A stretch of DNA of 63,048 nucleotides, filler included, from Olpidium bornovanus S191 (GCA_017911155.1; 31 parts of 31 records of this genome joined end to end with filler, not necessarily neighbours in it), one strand, 5' to 3'; shown: positions 10,819 through 24,404, numbered from the whole stretch's first letter. Notes: a model not told the origin generated them from the letters alone. Translations and numbers: made by a program.

Positions 10819-13475
10819 CGCGGCGTCGTCGACGCCGCTTCGGTCGCTCGTGAGCGAGGACTTGGAGGCCTCCATCAGGCGCAGCGCCTCGTCGACGTCC
10901 CCGATCTCGATCGAGTCAGAGAGCCGCAGCCGCGCCATGGCCTGGGCGAGGCGCAGGGCGCCGAGCAGCGTCCGCGGGGACGTGTACGAGTACTGCTGGA
11001 CCTCGTTGTCCTTGTGGCGGAGCTTGACGTAAGCTTGCGTTATGTAGTTGCCCACCTCCCGCGACAGCGTCGGCCGCTTCTTGCGCGCCTCTGAGATGTA
11101 GTGCCGGATGGTGCTGGAATCCAAGCATTCAAAGTCCAGCGGCGGATGCTTCGAGTTCATGTGCACGTACGTCACGTGCTGCGCCAGCCGGACGTCTTCC
11201 TCCATGTCCGGCTTGTCGAGGATAAGGAAGAGCAGGTCAAAGCGGGAAAGAAGTGCCGCCGGCAGGTTTATGTTTTCCGTCGGGGAGTAGCGCGGATTGT
11301 ACCGCCCGTACGCCGGGTTCGCCGCCGCGAGGATCGACGCCCGCGCGTTCAGCGTCGTCGTGATCCCAGCCTTGCTGATGCTGATGGTCTGCTGCTCCAT
11401 GACCTCGTGTATCGCCGTCCGATCGATTTCATCCATCTTGTCGAACTCGTCAATGCAGCAGATGCCCTTGATTATTTTTGCGGACGGCATTTTCACGTCA
11501 GAATATCAGGTTGGAGGACTGGAAAAAAAGACACTGCAACTGTCGGGTCTATCGGCCGAGAAGGGCAACTCCGTCTGCTTACGTTGTCAGCAAGAACCAA
11601 AGCTCCTCCCTCAAGCACCATCTCGTCTGTCACCGGGTCCCTCATCACAGCGGCCGTCAACCCCACGCCCGAAGAGCCACGACCGGTCGTGTAGACGCCG
11701 CGAGGGGCGACTTTAGATATGTACTTCAAGAGTTGCGACTTGGCGACGCCCGGGTCACCCATCAGGCACACGTTTAAGTCGCCGCGAATCTTCATGCCGT
11801 CAGGCATGCACTTGGCTGCGCCGCCGACAAGAAGCAGGAGGAGGGCCTTCTTGACATCTTCATGGCCATAAATCTCCGGGGCGATGGATTGGGACATTTT
11901 GGTGTACAGGTCCGGGTCCTCGGCCAGGTCGAAGACCCTGGCAAGAGCTTCGGGGTTGAGCTCCATGTCGGCATACTGTTTCTTCTGTTTGACGATGTGC
12001 TGCGCCTGCAGGAACGTGTCAGCCAGCAGGCCGGCCTGCAGGGCCTTGAACCCGGTGAAGGGCGTCGGGAGAAAGATTCCTGATACGTTCACGACGTCTC
12101 CCGGGTTCACCGCGCGCACCAGGGACTGATAGAGGTGCACCGTCATGGTGCGGGGAATGTGACCGACCGGGACCTGGTCGGTCAGCTCCTGGAGTTTGAC
12201 CTCTTGGAATTTCAAGAATTTCGACGCCCGCGTCTGCATATAAAGCTGCCCCTTTGAGTTGTTCGTCATGCAGTCCTGCGACGGGCACTCGAAAAGAGGG
12301 GTGAACTGCTTCTGCGTGATCTCCTTGAAGATCTCGCAACCGCACCGGTCGCAGCTGTAGGCGCACACTTCCATCAGCGGCTTGACGTCCGACACCCGGG
12401 TGACGATGCCGCGGACCGTCACCAGGTGGCCGATGGACGTCGACCTGATCTTGCGTACGGATAGCGGCACCTCGGACGCCCGCGGTTCGAAATAAACTGT
12501 GCTGAAGAACGAAGGTCGGCCGCGTGTTACACAAGTCGTCGCTAGCCGCGGCGGGACTTCGTGCCTCGGTCCCCCCCAACGTACTATCGTCGCGTCAGCG
12601 AGGGCGGGAACGGGGGGGGAGCAGTCGGCGCATCGGCCATTGCGTCGTCGCGGAACCGTCTCTGCGAGATGATGACGTCGATGACATCGTCCCCCCACGA
12701 AACGTCCTCGGTTGGTGCAGGCATGGCGGCATCGATGGCGCGGCAAAAAAGATCCAGGTAACGTCTGGCGTTGCGCTTGATGCTTCCCGCAAGGTCGTCT
12801 GCCCCGCTCTCAAATTCTGACACGTCGTCCAAAGATATTGTAATCGAGTTTTGTTTCCGGTCAGCAATTGCTTGCTGACGAAGTGAAACGGAACAAGATT
12901 CGCATTAGGCATGGTATCTCGAAGCGAGAGGGCCTTCATGTTTCTGGTGGCAGCAGGGAAGTCGAGTCCGGTTTTTTTTTATTTTGCGGCCTTATTAACG
13001 CACCAGCTGCTCCCTGTACTTCAGCCTCCTCGCGCGCTCATGTTCGTGATCTTCCATCCACTCATGGCCGGCAACCGATCCCGCCGAACCCGACGTCTCA
13101 AACTTCTGAAGGAACTGGCCGATCTTTTCTGTACCGATCAAAGCGGCAGCGCACGCCGAGTTTTAAGACCCGAGGTGGCGCGCTCCTGCCAGGCGCCGCT
13201 CGCCCCCGTTTCTTTGGGAGCCCCAGGTCGCCCAAAGGCACGGAAAAAAAAAAAAAAAAAAAAAAAAAGGAAGCCCGGAACAGCGACTCCGTCGCGAACG
13301 CTTCCGCCGGAGAGTCGGGGCGTCGGAGCCGGTGCGCGCTCCGAGGACGTCTCCGGCGACGGGGGGGCGCGGGGTAAACCTTCCCCCCCCCCTGCTCAGG
13401 CACAAACCCCCGCGTACCGACTTCGCGCTCGTAGTCGACGTTCAGCGACGCGGACACAAGCGGCGGCTGGGCCAT
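10819..13475 (-). CDS. MCM7: DNA replication licensing factor MCM7, multi-exon, 3' truncated
   Basis: Start [18 protein letters not shown]. Zn finger CDRCG..CPSQDC, then [21 protein letters not shown], Walker [15 protein letters not shown], Walker [10 protein letters not shown] and arginine finger ALLSRFD. Confidence 0.97.
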
Positions 13476-13726
13476 GGTCCGCGAAGCGGACGGACACGGC
13501 GGGCGGGGGCGGCTGGCTTCTCTCTCTCTCGGCGGACTGCAGGACGGCTCCAAGTGGCGACGGGCAGGGGCGACGGGAGGTCAGGGAAGCGAGGCGGCGG
13601 GAACGGAGAGGATGCCGGCGGCGCACGTGGCGAAACGAAATGGCGCGCGCGCTGTGGGAAACGTCCGAGGAGGAGCGGAGGAGGTGAGGCCGGAGGTGGG
13701 GAGCGGTTTCGTTGAAAGGGTGGGGG

Positions 13727-13791
<65 letters not shown>

Positions 13792-13924
13792 AAAAAAAAA
13801 AAAAAAAAACACCTTCCCCCCCAANNNNNNNNNNNNNNNNNNNNNNNNNNNNNNNNNNNNNNNNNNNNTTAATTAATTAANNNNNNNNNNNNNNNNNNNN
13901 NNNNNNNNNNNNNNNNNNNNNNNN

Positions 13925-14935
13925 CTGCTGCAGTTTCCGCAGTTGGCGCAGGCCAGTCGTGCTCGCCCGCACCGCTGATATTCGGCAGCATTTCCGCGGT
14001 CGCTGAGACGGGATCACACTTCGAAGACTCCGATGCTGACTCATGTGTACTGCTCCCTCCGGCAGTCGATCGCCCGGCGACCTCTACATACTTTTGATGA
14101 GCCGAAACGTCGACAAAACCAGCCATGCCGCTTGCTTTGCTGGCGTCATGAGGAATCGACGATTCGGTTTGTTTCGCCCTTGGCCCGCCCGCGGCGGCAG
14201 CGGCGATCGACGTTGTCCGAGCGCCAGCACTGCTCACGCTCGACGGACTCCTACCGGAGGAGCAGGACGAACCCGACTGGCTCGCCTCCTCGCTCTGCGT
14301 CGTCATCCTGCGCGCCCTGCGGAAGGACGGCGGGTCTTGCGCTTTGTCAAGCCAGATACCGGCTCGAAAATCCTTCACGTTAAGGTCCGCGCTCGGGGTC
14401 TCGGCAAATTCTTGTAACCTGCGGCAGCGCCAGCAGAAGGTAAGGACGCGGGGCATGCAAAACCGCGTGGAAAGACTGGCGCAAAGGAAAGAGGCCTGCA
14501 AACGTACCGCTTTCGGATCGTCGCCGGAGCCACTTTCACGACCTGCGCGACCTCTTGAATGGTCCGGTAGAAATTGTGCATGCGAGCCGATATGAGCAAC
14601 GCTGGCACAAATAGAACGTGAAATGTTCCAGCAGCGCGCGGGACGAAGACAGCGTCAGATTTAAGCAAAACGACCTCGGCAACGGGCTAAAGCAGGGGAA
14701 CAACAGTCTGCTCACCGGCTCCACACACCCCCGATGGCCTGCGCCCGGTGTGCATCCAGTCCGCTTTGAAGCGCTTGACGAGCCTGCATCCGTCTTCGCT
14801 GACTTTTTCGGTTAACTCGGCGAATTGGAGCGCCGCCGCAAATCGCAGCATGAAAAACGAGGGGTCGATCGGAGGAAGCCTGATCCCTGTAAGTTTCACG
14901 AGTTTGAGATATACGCCGCCAAGGACAAACACATT
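13925..14935 (-). CDS. BRF1: TFIIIB subunit Brf1, internal fragment
   Basis: Exons read VFVLGGVYLKLVK..LPPIDPSFFMLRFAAALQF..RLVKRFKADWMHTGRRPSGVCGA / ALLISARMHNFYRTIQEVAQVVKVAPATIRKR / LQEFAETPSADL..DPPSF. Confidence 0.93.
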
Positions 14936-15069
14936 AACCTACAGGAAAGAAAGCGGGCGGTGAGCATCANNNNNNNNNNNNNNNNNNNNNNNNNNNNNNN
15001 NNNNNNNNNNNNNTTAATTAATTAANNNNNNNNNNNNNNNNNNNNNNNNNNNNNNNNNNNNNNNNNNNN

Positions 15070-15798
15070 CATGCGTGTTTAGTGCCCGAGTGACGTGCGG
15101 CCAAATCTCCTTCAGGTACTGTTCACGGTACTGGAAAAGCGGAGGTTTTGGCCAGACCGCGCAGGGGAAGGCGGGGGGAAGAGTCAGGAATGGCCATTAG
15201 CCGAGGAAAATCGCGGCCATCTGTGACCGTCCGCCGTGGTTGATATCGCTGCCGGCGCAAGCTGTTGTTTCCAAGCTCCGGGCGCCCAGCGGGCAAAAGT
15301 TTCACGCTTAGGAACCGCGCTTTCCGAACACATTTTGTTTTGTTTTTTTGAGAGACTTACGGACGGAAAGAGTGTCGCAAAAATAGACTCCTCGAGGAAC
15401 GGCTGCGGGTTGTGCTCCGGCCGAAACTCTTCAATTTTCCAACGGTCGATGTCGTTCGTGTCCCACGCTTTTCGTCGCGACAGAAAAGAGCGCGTCTGGG
15501 GGTGGTCAGGCGTGGGAGGGGGGAGGTCGGCCCCCGGCAAGAGCACGAAACAGAAGCAGCAGCAGCAAAGCGCAGGCGGGGAAAGAAGAAAGGGGCTCTC
15601 ACGTTTCGGCTTCCGGTACTTTCCCTTCTTGCCGGTGTTCTCCGTCGCGGCGCCTCGTCCGGCGCCGTTTGCGTCCTCCGGCGGCCGCGCCTCGTCTACT
15701 GTCTCCTCGCTCCCCGCCGGCAAGACACCCCCCTCCTCCCCTCGGTCGTCCGCGGCCGTTGCCAAGCCCGCGTCGTCGCCCGAGCGGCCGCGGGACAT
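15070..15798 (-). CDS. KRR1: 90S pre-ribosome KH-domain protein Krr1, N-terminal part
   Basis: KYRKPK / [34 protein letters not shown] / [20 protein letters not shown]. Confidence 0.93.
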
Positions 15799-16029
15799 TT
15801 CTCTCTTGACCCTCTTGTTCTTGTCTGCGAGCCAAAAGAGAGAGAGGGAGAAAGAAGCAGAAAGAAAGGGGGACCGGACGGGTCAGTGGGTTGGGAGGGC
15901 GGAAGGGCGGCAGAGCGGCACCAAGGGGGGCGCGGGCGGTGCGTGCAGCCAGGCTTGGGGGGGAAGGGGGGGGGGGGGGGGGGGGGCCGGGGGAGGGGGG
16001 GGGGAGGGGGGGGGGGGGGGGAGGGAGAG

Positions 16030-16071
<42 letters not shown>

Positions 16072-16206
16072 GTAGAGAGAGAGAGAGAGAGAGAGAGAAA
16101 CGCCCGCTTTACGCCTCGCCCCACCATGTCGACCGACGACCGTGCCGCGCGTAAGTGGGTTGCTCGCCGCGACACGCCCTGTCGCCGCCCTCTGCCGGGT
16201 CCCTCC

Positions 16207-16309
<103 letters not shown>

Positions 16310-16409
16310 NNNNNNNNNNNNNNNNNNNNNNNNNNNNNNNNNNNNNNNNNNNNTTAATTAATTAANNNNNNNNNNNNNNNNNNNNNNNNNNNNNNNNNNN
16401 NNNNNNNNN

Positions 16410-17700
16410 CGTAATGTTGGATCACGGTCCTCATTTACGCGTCTCCTTCCAAATCGCTCTTCCCATTCGGGACCGGACCGGTAGCTGATCGTTGCTATCT
16501 GCCGAGCAAGCTGAATGGGCCGCATGAAAACAAGTCAGTACTACAAGACCATGAATTAAAACCGTCCGCTTCACGCTCCGTCGGAATTCGGACCTTCATT
16601 CCAACATGCGGCGGACCGTTTTCATAGTAAAAGCCCATATTCCAATCCGGGTCCGACATCAAGACTTTCCGAAGCAGCTCACGTCAGATACCTCTTCCAG
16701 GCTCGCGCGCGAGAAAGCGCGCCGTCGGACCAGCCGCCCGTTCGTCTCGCGTGACCCCTATCACCGGGCCCACCTTGCCTTTGGGCATGCCGTAATGCAA
16801 TGGAATAGGGGTGCGACCTCGCGCAACCAGAAATCGTGACCAGTTTTCTGACCCTCTCCGGAAACAAGGCGGCGGCAGCGAGTGACTAGTTCGCGACGCG
16901 CGATGAACGGTGAACGGTGGTGCGTCCCGTTGCCGGGCGACATTTGGGGGCAAATGAGCTGCAAGAAACCTGATGGGTGCGCTCGGTGATGCCGATTCCA
17001 TTACCTGCATTCCGCCCATGCTGGCGCCCACGGACGCCAAAAGGCTGTCCACGCCTAGATAATCCAAAAGGCAAAACTGCGCTCTGACCATGTCCCAAAT
17101 GCTAATGATCGGAAAATTAGTCCCGTACCGCTCGGAGGTCTCGGGATTCACGGAGGAGGGACCGGTGGATCCGTAGCAGGAACCAATCACGTTCGTGCAT
17201 ATTACATGGAACTTGTTCGTATCCAAGGCGGCGTTCGGTCCTGAAAATTCGCGCGGATGCGCCATGTACTTAGTCCTTCCGCTCTCGGAAGCCCCGGGCG
17301 GCCTCCGACCGCCGGTATCCTCACACCCGTCGAGCCGCGGAGAATTTTGCGGGGCGATCAGGTGATCTAGCCCTTACCGATGAACTTCTCCCACCAGCCT
17401 TCGTTCGTGTTCTGCGAGTGGCTAATCGGGAGTGCATCTTTAAAGTTATGCGGTTCGTTAGGCAAACGCCGTTCTCGCCAGAGCGTACCTTTTGGCGTGG
17501 CTGGAGGCGCTCAGTCCTGTATGGAGGAGAATAGCGTTGTCCTTCCGGTCGTTAAGCTTTCCCCACGTTTCGTACGCGATCCGGAAGTCCGGCAGGACGC
17601 CCCCGTAGTCCAGAAGGAGCGGCTCCTGGCTGTGGAAAATCTTGTAACCGGAAAGAACGTTTTGGTAGGAGGGTTCCGGGCCCGTCGCTACGGATGGCCG
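16410..17700 (-). CDS. MetX-family acyltransferase, Cys2-type serine O-succinyltransferase, multi-exon, 3' truncated
   Basis: [44 protein letters not shown] / GWWEKFIG / [26 protein letters not shown] / GASMGGMQ nucleophile motif / [25 protein letters not shown] / [22 protein letters not shown]. The start is not defined. Confidence 0.88.
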
Positions 17701-18209
17701 TGGCGCCGAGGAGGAAAATTGCCTCGGACGTTTGGCCGCAGCGGCTGTCCGGCGTCACGGGTTTTTCAGAACGCGAGGGGCCAGCGCGCTGGGTTCACCT
17801 GGCCGACGAGGGCGGAATTGGACAAACGCCGGTCGTCCAGTGGACCGCAGCTCACCTGAGCTAACGCGAGGAACCGCCTGCCGCTTCCCGGACGGCGCAG
17901 CGCGGCAGAGCCGGCCGCAGGCCCGGAAAGACGGCACTCCCGCCGCGGCGGACCGGGCGGCCGCCGGAAGGACCGGGGGAACCCCGCAGTGGTGCATAAA
18001 CGGCGCGGTTCTCCGGACGAGAAAGGGGGGGGCGGGGGGTGGTTTCCGGGACGCGCGTCGCGCCCGGTGTTCCCGGTTTTGCGTCGGCTCTCCCGCGGTC
18101 GCCCGGCCGCCCCGCGTTCGTTTCGGCGGGCCCGCGACGGGCTTTCGACGCTTGGTTCCGCTGAACAATGTGACGCGCGTTTGCCGTGCGGCGCATTCTC
18201 TCAACGGCC

Positions 18210-18212
<3 letters not shown>

Positions 18213-18257
<45 letters not shown>

Positions 18258-18260
18258 GAG
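18213..18260. repeat. (GA)n microsatellite
   Basis: Direct reading. Confidence 0.9.
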
Positions 18261-18954
18261 AAAGCTGCCCACACAAGACGTCAGTACCCGGTGCCCGCGT
18301 CAATCGACGACTGTCCGGCTTGTTGGAGCGACGACGCCCGGTGTAGGTGCGAATTCGTCCGGGCTTTGATCTAGGAAGCGCCGATCCCACATTGTTTCTG
18401 ATCCTTTCTTTCGTTGCAATCGCAGCCCACCTCGCCGTCGTTGGCCAGAGACGAGAGCCATATATCCAGCCCGCGCCGGAGTCCCTTCCGCTGGATCTGC
18501 GCATTTGCGCCCGGATCGGGGTCCCCTGGTAATCGCCGGCTCGCCCGTTGGCGGCACAGCCGGTCTTCGACGGCTGCGGTGCGCGGAAATGACCGCCCAC
18601 GGTGAGCCGCCGCATGAANNNNNNNNNNNNNNNNNNNNNNNNNNNNNNNNNNNNNNNNNNNNTTAATTAATTAANNNNNNNNNNNNNNNNNNNNNNNNNN
18701 NNNNNNNNNNNNNNNNNNACCTGTGAAACGCAAAATGTGCAACCTTTCAACGTTCAGCGCGTCGGGATTTTCTAGAGCGCGCATTTACGGAACTAACCTG
18801 ACACGGCTCCGGTGGTGCTTCTTGCAGAGGACAAACATGTGCTATAAGCCTGGCCTTCTGATACTATTTCGGGTAGCGGCAATCAACAGGTGTGCCGTAC
18901 GTCCGACGACAGCACCCCGACCCTCAGCTTTGGTCATGGCGGAGAAAGTATCTG

Positions 18955-19520
18955 CCGAACCTTGACGTCCCAGCCAGCCAAAAGCGTGGCTTTCGTCTCC
19001 TGGTCTGCCAGCGGTTCCTGGCCGGTATAACAGTCTTCGACCTGCTTGTAATATCGCGTCATCGCTTTCTTGAGCAGCTGCACCACGAGCACTTCCAACT
19101 GCTGCGCGTCGCGAAGCGGGCCGAGCGAAAGCGCGACGTCGGAACTTTCATCCGAGGCGAGCGGGCGGTGGGGCGCGCCGTCGGAACTGTCATCCGACAG
19201 CACGTTCACGATCTGGTTCGCACCGACGACCCGCAGGAGCTGCAGCGACGTCGCGAGCCTGGAGAGGTGACCTTCAGGTCCAAGATCGACGTCCTGCACC
19301 ACGTCCGCATGCCCGTGTAGGAGCCTGCGGCAAAGAGTTCGAACAACGTGAACTTCGCGCCGCCGGCGGAACATTTCTTTTTTTTTTTTTTTTTTTTTTC
19401 GCGACGGGCCGCGTCCGGATCCCGGCAAACCTCTGGGAGACTCCAGAAGGAATTGATTAGGGCTTGTCCTGGTTTCGCGAAACGTGTACAATTCGGGATC
19501 ATCCGCGCCGCGGTCCAAAT
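18955..19520 (-). CDS. Unassigned protein-coding fragment
   Basis: Protein-like helical frame (LATSLQLLRVVGANQIVNVL..LEVLVVQLLKKAMTRYYKQVEDC..TLLAGWDVK) ending at a GT donor. Family not recognised and splice phases not fully reconciled. Confidence 0.35.
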
Positions 19521-20526
19521 TTCGTTCTGCGATCACTGATCAGGACACGAAGGAAGCGCCTGGGCGCGTAAGCTGCGAAGGTCACGCCGCCGCCGCCCGA
19601 CGTTCACAGTGCACACGCGTCCGGTACGTACGTGCCATCGGCACTACCGCCTCGAGCGCCGGCACCGACATACTTCTCTCAAGCTGAGGAGCGGCGGAGA
19701 AGTATTGTGGGGGCCAGCACAAGGCGAGCGGGCGCAAGGCGAACGGACACAAGACACGGTGCCGGGACGGCGAGGCGGTGTGGGGCCGGGGAAGGCGAGG
19801 GGCGCGGACAGGCGGTGCTCGTTCGGCGGGCAGGTCCGGGTGGAATTTGCCGGCGAAGTTGCGGCGACGGTTGCGCGCAGCCAGTGCGACCGCCCCTGCC
19901 AGCGGACGGCGGGGCGTGGGGCTAAAAACTGTCGAGAATTGACCGAAAATTCATTGACCCAGGTCTAAACCGAAACGTTCCTGAGGAAATCCGAAGGCAG
20001 GATAAACGCAAGCTGCAGCTGTTTTGGCCTTGGCGCACCCGCCGTTTCCTGGACGGTCCCGTCCGAAGCCCCGCCCGCTGTCAGCGGGGTTGCCACAGCA
20101 GTTGGAAGCTGCGGCGGCCCAGCCCGCCGGGAAACGCCCTCCTCCCCTTGACAACCCAGTTTAAAACAACTGCAAAACGATCAGAGCCGCTCCTGAAGAA
20201 ACAATCCTCCCCCCGGCTGCCGCCTGCTTCCGGGGCACCTGAAGAATCTGAAGCCTCCTGACTGACATTCCGACATGANNNNNNNNNNNNNNNNNNNNNN
20301 NNNNNNNNNNNNNNNNNNNNNNTTAATTAATTAANNNNNNNNNNNNNNNNNNNNNNNNNNNNNNNNNNNNNNNNNNNNCCGTGCCGCAGAGAGCCGCCGC
20401 CCCCCCCCCCCCCCCCCCTACCCCACCCCACCATCGCCACCACCGCCCGCAGACCTTCGTTACCCGGTCAGTCGGCAGTTCGAGCTGACCCGCATTTGGC
20501 ACCACTCGTGACGTCGCTTCCTGTAG

Positions 20527-21399
20527 GCGTTTTCGGCCGGCGTCATGTTATACATGACGTTTGCCGACCTTCTCCCGGACTCGACAAGACAGCTGGGGTC
20601 GCGCGAAACGATGGCGTGGTTCTTCTGCGGAATAGCATCGTTTGGCGCGTTGGAACGGTGGATCATCCCAGAGCACGAGGACGACGAAAAGAATATGTGC
20701 GAAGAGTCGCATGACCGGAGCCCGCGGCAAAAAGTCAACGAGCCACCAGCAGCAGCGACATGCACCGCCGCGTCCTCTAGTGATCCGAGAGAGAAGGACG
20801 GTGCCGCCCGGCCGGAAGGCGGTCCGCGAAAACGTTTGGCGGCCGGGAAACCCGGGCAAAACGGGTCCGCGTCTTCGAACGGCGACAGCGACCGCTCCCC
20901 CGATCTGAACTCGGTTGAAGGCCGCCGGGACCTGTTGCGGACATCGATGATCACGTTTGCTGCCATGACGCTGCACAACTTGCCCGAGGGCCTCAGCGTT
21001 TACCTCTCCGCCCTCGCCAACGTCAAGCTGGGACTGCAGCTCGCCGTGGCCATCATGCTGCACAACATTCCCGAGGGCATGGCCGTGGCCATCCCTCTGT
21101 ACGTCGCGACCGACGGCAGCGTCGCGCGCGTGCTGGGGATGACCCTCGTCAACGGTCTCGCCGAGCCGGTCGGCGTCGTCGTCGGCGGCTATTTGCTCAT
21201 GGACTTCCTTTCCCCCCCCGTCCTCTCCCGGTGTCTTGCCGGCGTCGCCGGGATAATGGCCTGCATATCCCTCCACGAGCTCCAACCCACCGCTATCAAG
21301 TACTGCGGCAAAGACCTGGCTTCTTTTGCCCTACTCCTCGGCATGTTTATTTGTTGGGTTGCCATGGAAGGCGTCGAGGAGATCGTGGGGCGGCACTGA
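20527..21399 (+). CDS. ZIP-family (ZupT-like) metal transporter, 5' truncated
   Basis: AFSAGVMLYMTFADLL, MTLHNLPEGLSV, AIMLHNIPEGMAVAIP, GLAEPVG and AGIMACISLHELQP motifs. Stop TGA at 21399. Confidence 0.92.
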   Translation, partial: AFSAGVMLYMTFADLLPDSTRQLGSRETMAWFFCGIASFGALERWIIPEHEDDEKNMCEESHDRSPRQKVNEPPAAATCTAASSSDPREKDGAARPEGGPRKRLAAGKPGQNGSASSNGDSDRSPDLNSVEGRRDLLRTSMITFAAMTLHNLPEGLSVYLSALANVKLGLQLAVAIMLHNIPEGMAVAIPLYVATDGSVARVLGMTLVNGLAEPVGVVVGGYLLMDFLSPPVLSRCLAGVAGIMACISLHELQPTAIKYCGKDLASFALLLGMFICWVAMEGVEEIVGRH

Positions 21400-21759
21400 C
21401 CATAAACGAACGAAGTGTCCTCAAAATTTATCTTATATTTCCTGGATTTTCCGAGGGCGGATTACGTTTCACGGTTTTCCCGACTACGTTTCAACCGATT
21501 TCGCAAGACCTCGCCACCGCTCTTTTTTTTTTTTTTTTTTTTTGGCTCAGGACGTTTAACTACAATGTGCCGGGTTGATCATAAGGGGGGGGAAGGGGGG
21601 GAATTCGCGAGGAGGCGGAGGACCCGAACGGCGTCAATAAGTTTATCGTGCGGCGGAACACCGGGAAACAGAGTTTAAACCTGTGGAAGACGCATTATCA
21701 CCAAATCGGGACCGGAGCCCGGCGGGAAGCGCGAGGCGTCGTCGGGCAGAGTGCTGGCG

Positions 21760-21906
21760 GAGTGAGTAGGGGACGTCGCCCAAACGCTCGGGCGGCTCCC
21801 ATGTATCCTCATCCGTTCCATATCCATTCCAACAAACAGGAAATTCGACACCGTGAGGGGCGTTTTTTGATTTTGCATTTTGCAATCTCGATTCAGCTGT
21901 CATCAT
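21760..21906 (-). mobile_element. Chromodomain relic, probably from a chromovirus-type retrotransposon
   Basis: GVEFPVCWNGYGTDEDTWEPPERL matches the chromodomain core (YLVKWKGY..TWEP..NL). The upstream part is disrupted. Confidence 0.6.
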
Positions 21907-22135
21907 CCTTGCCGCTCTGANNNNNNNNNNNNNNNNNNNNNNNNNNNNNNNNNNNNNNNNNNNNTTAATTAATTAANNNNNNNNNNNNNNNNNNNNNNNN
22001 NNNNNNNNNNNNNNNNNNNNAAGCCGTGTGCGGAAAAACTGACAGATGGGAGGCGACGAAACGCAACCCGTCAAAAATGCCGGTTAATGCTTCCTTCGAC
22101 CAAAGAAAACGGCCAAAAAAGGGGGAAAAAACCCC

Positions 22136-22168
<33 letters not shown>

Positions 22169-22190
22169 GGGGCGTGTTGCGCATCAAAAG

Positions 22191-22264
22191 TAGGCCGACC
22201 GAGGGTCAAACTCGGGGCCTTCCCCTTCCCGGAGGGACGCTCTAACCAACTGAGCTGTCTGCCC
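22191..22264 (-). tRNA. Degenerate tRNA gene or tRNA pseudogene (isotype uncertain)
   Basis: 74-nt cloverleaf. Acceptor GGGCAGA/TCGGCCT has one mismatch. D arm GCTC-AGTTGGTTA-GAGC, anticodon stem TCCCT/GGGGA, T arm CCGAG-TTTGACC-CTCGG. TTTT follows 1 nt after the discriminator. Confidence 0.65.
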
Positions 22265-23052
22265 TATTCACCAGGTGTCTGGCTTGCCCTGCGAAGCCAA
22301 TTCCAACAGGATGTTGCAAAAGGTATGGCCGGAAGGTCGAAGAACCCGAGAAACTCTCGCAGACGGAGCCGAACGAGCCCGTGAACGGAGAGGTAGAAGA
22401 GAACTGTATTTTTCGTGTTATTCTTCTAGCGTGGCGGGGCCTGTTTTATATGGCGGGCGTCTAAAGATCACCCAAAGGGGCTACAGGGGTTGAGTTGCGT
22501 GTGCAGTTTATCCGCGGCTCGGCGTCCCCACTTTCCCCCCTTTCCTCCTTTTCTAACATTAGGGGGGGGGCACACCGGGGAAAAGGGATATTTTAAGGGG
22601 CTGACGGAAAAGCGCGGAATAGCGCTCTTGTTCGTCAAAAGGTCCCCCCGTCAAAGCCCCGGGAGGGGTTTTCCTTTTTCTGTACGTTTTGATTTCGGTT
22701 TCGTCGGGGGTGAGGGGGGGAAGCATTCGGAGCTTTCTGTTTTCACTCTGCGCTTCAACGAATCCGGCGCCGCAAACTAAACGGCGTTTGGGACGCGGCC
22801 GAAACCAAAAAAATAAAACAAAAATTATAAAACTCAACATCAACGCCCTTTTTACACTTGGTGCAGACTTAAGATTTCGCCGGCGTCGCCGCCGAGTCCC
22901 TGCGGTGCTGTCGACGAAACCGCCCGCCTTTGCGGCCGTCCCGTGTGCTACAACAGGTCAAAAAGTTTTCTCCCTTTTACCCCGCGGCCTCACCCTCTCT
23001 TCCCCCCTTTCCTGCCGGTGAATTTGGTATCACGTTCTTGCCGGCGTCCGCG

Positions 23053-23086
<34 letters not shown>

Positions 23087-23588
23087 CTTTTAAACTTTTT
23101 GGAACGAAAAAGGGAGCCCCTCTCGCCCCGGGGCAAAAAATCACACAACGGGGGGGGGGGNNNNNNNNNNNNNNNNNNNNNNNNNNNNNNNNNNNNNNNN
23201 NNNNTTAATTAATTAANNNNNNNNNNNNNNNNNNNNNNNNNNNNNNNNNNNNNNNNNNNNGCCTTCCGATTCCATCTTCGCTGCACGACAGTCATCAACT
23301 GCACTCAGTGATCAATGTCGTCGATGACGCAGACCCAGTCACTGTGGACGACGTGGCACGCTCCCCGCATCGTACTTCATGCGGAGAAGGGTGTACGACA
23401 ACTCGGTGAGGATCAAAGCAGGAGAGAAAAAAAAAAAAAAAGAAGAGAAATGCGGAAAGATACAAAAGGTCAGACGCTATTAGCTGCGGTAGGGCGTTTC
23501 GCCGCGCGCCTCGGGCTTCCTATTCCTCTCCTGGCTCCCAGAGCACGCAATGCCATTATAGAATTTTATCTCGGCAAAATCGTCCCTT

Positions 23589-24304
<716 letters not shown>

Positions 24305-24404
24305 NNNNNNNNNNNNNNNNNNNNNNNNNNNNNNNNNNNNNNNNNNNNTTAATTAATTAANNNNNNNNNNNNNNNNNNNNNNNNNNNNNNNNNNNNNNNN
24401 NNNN

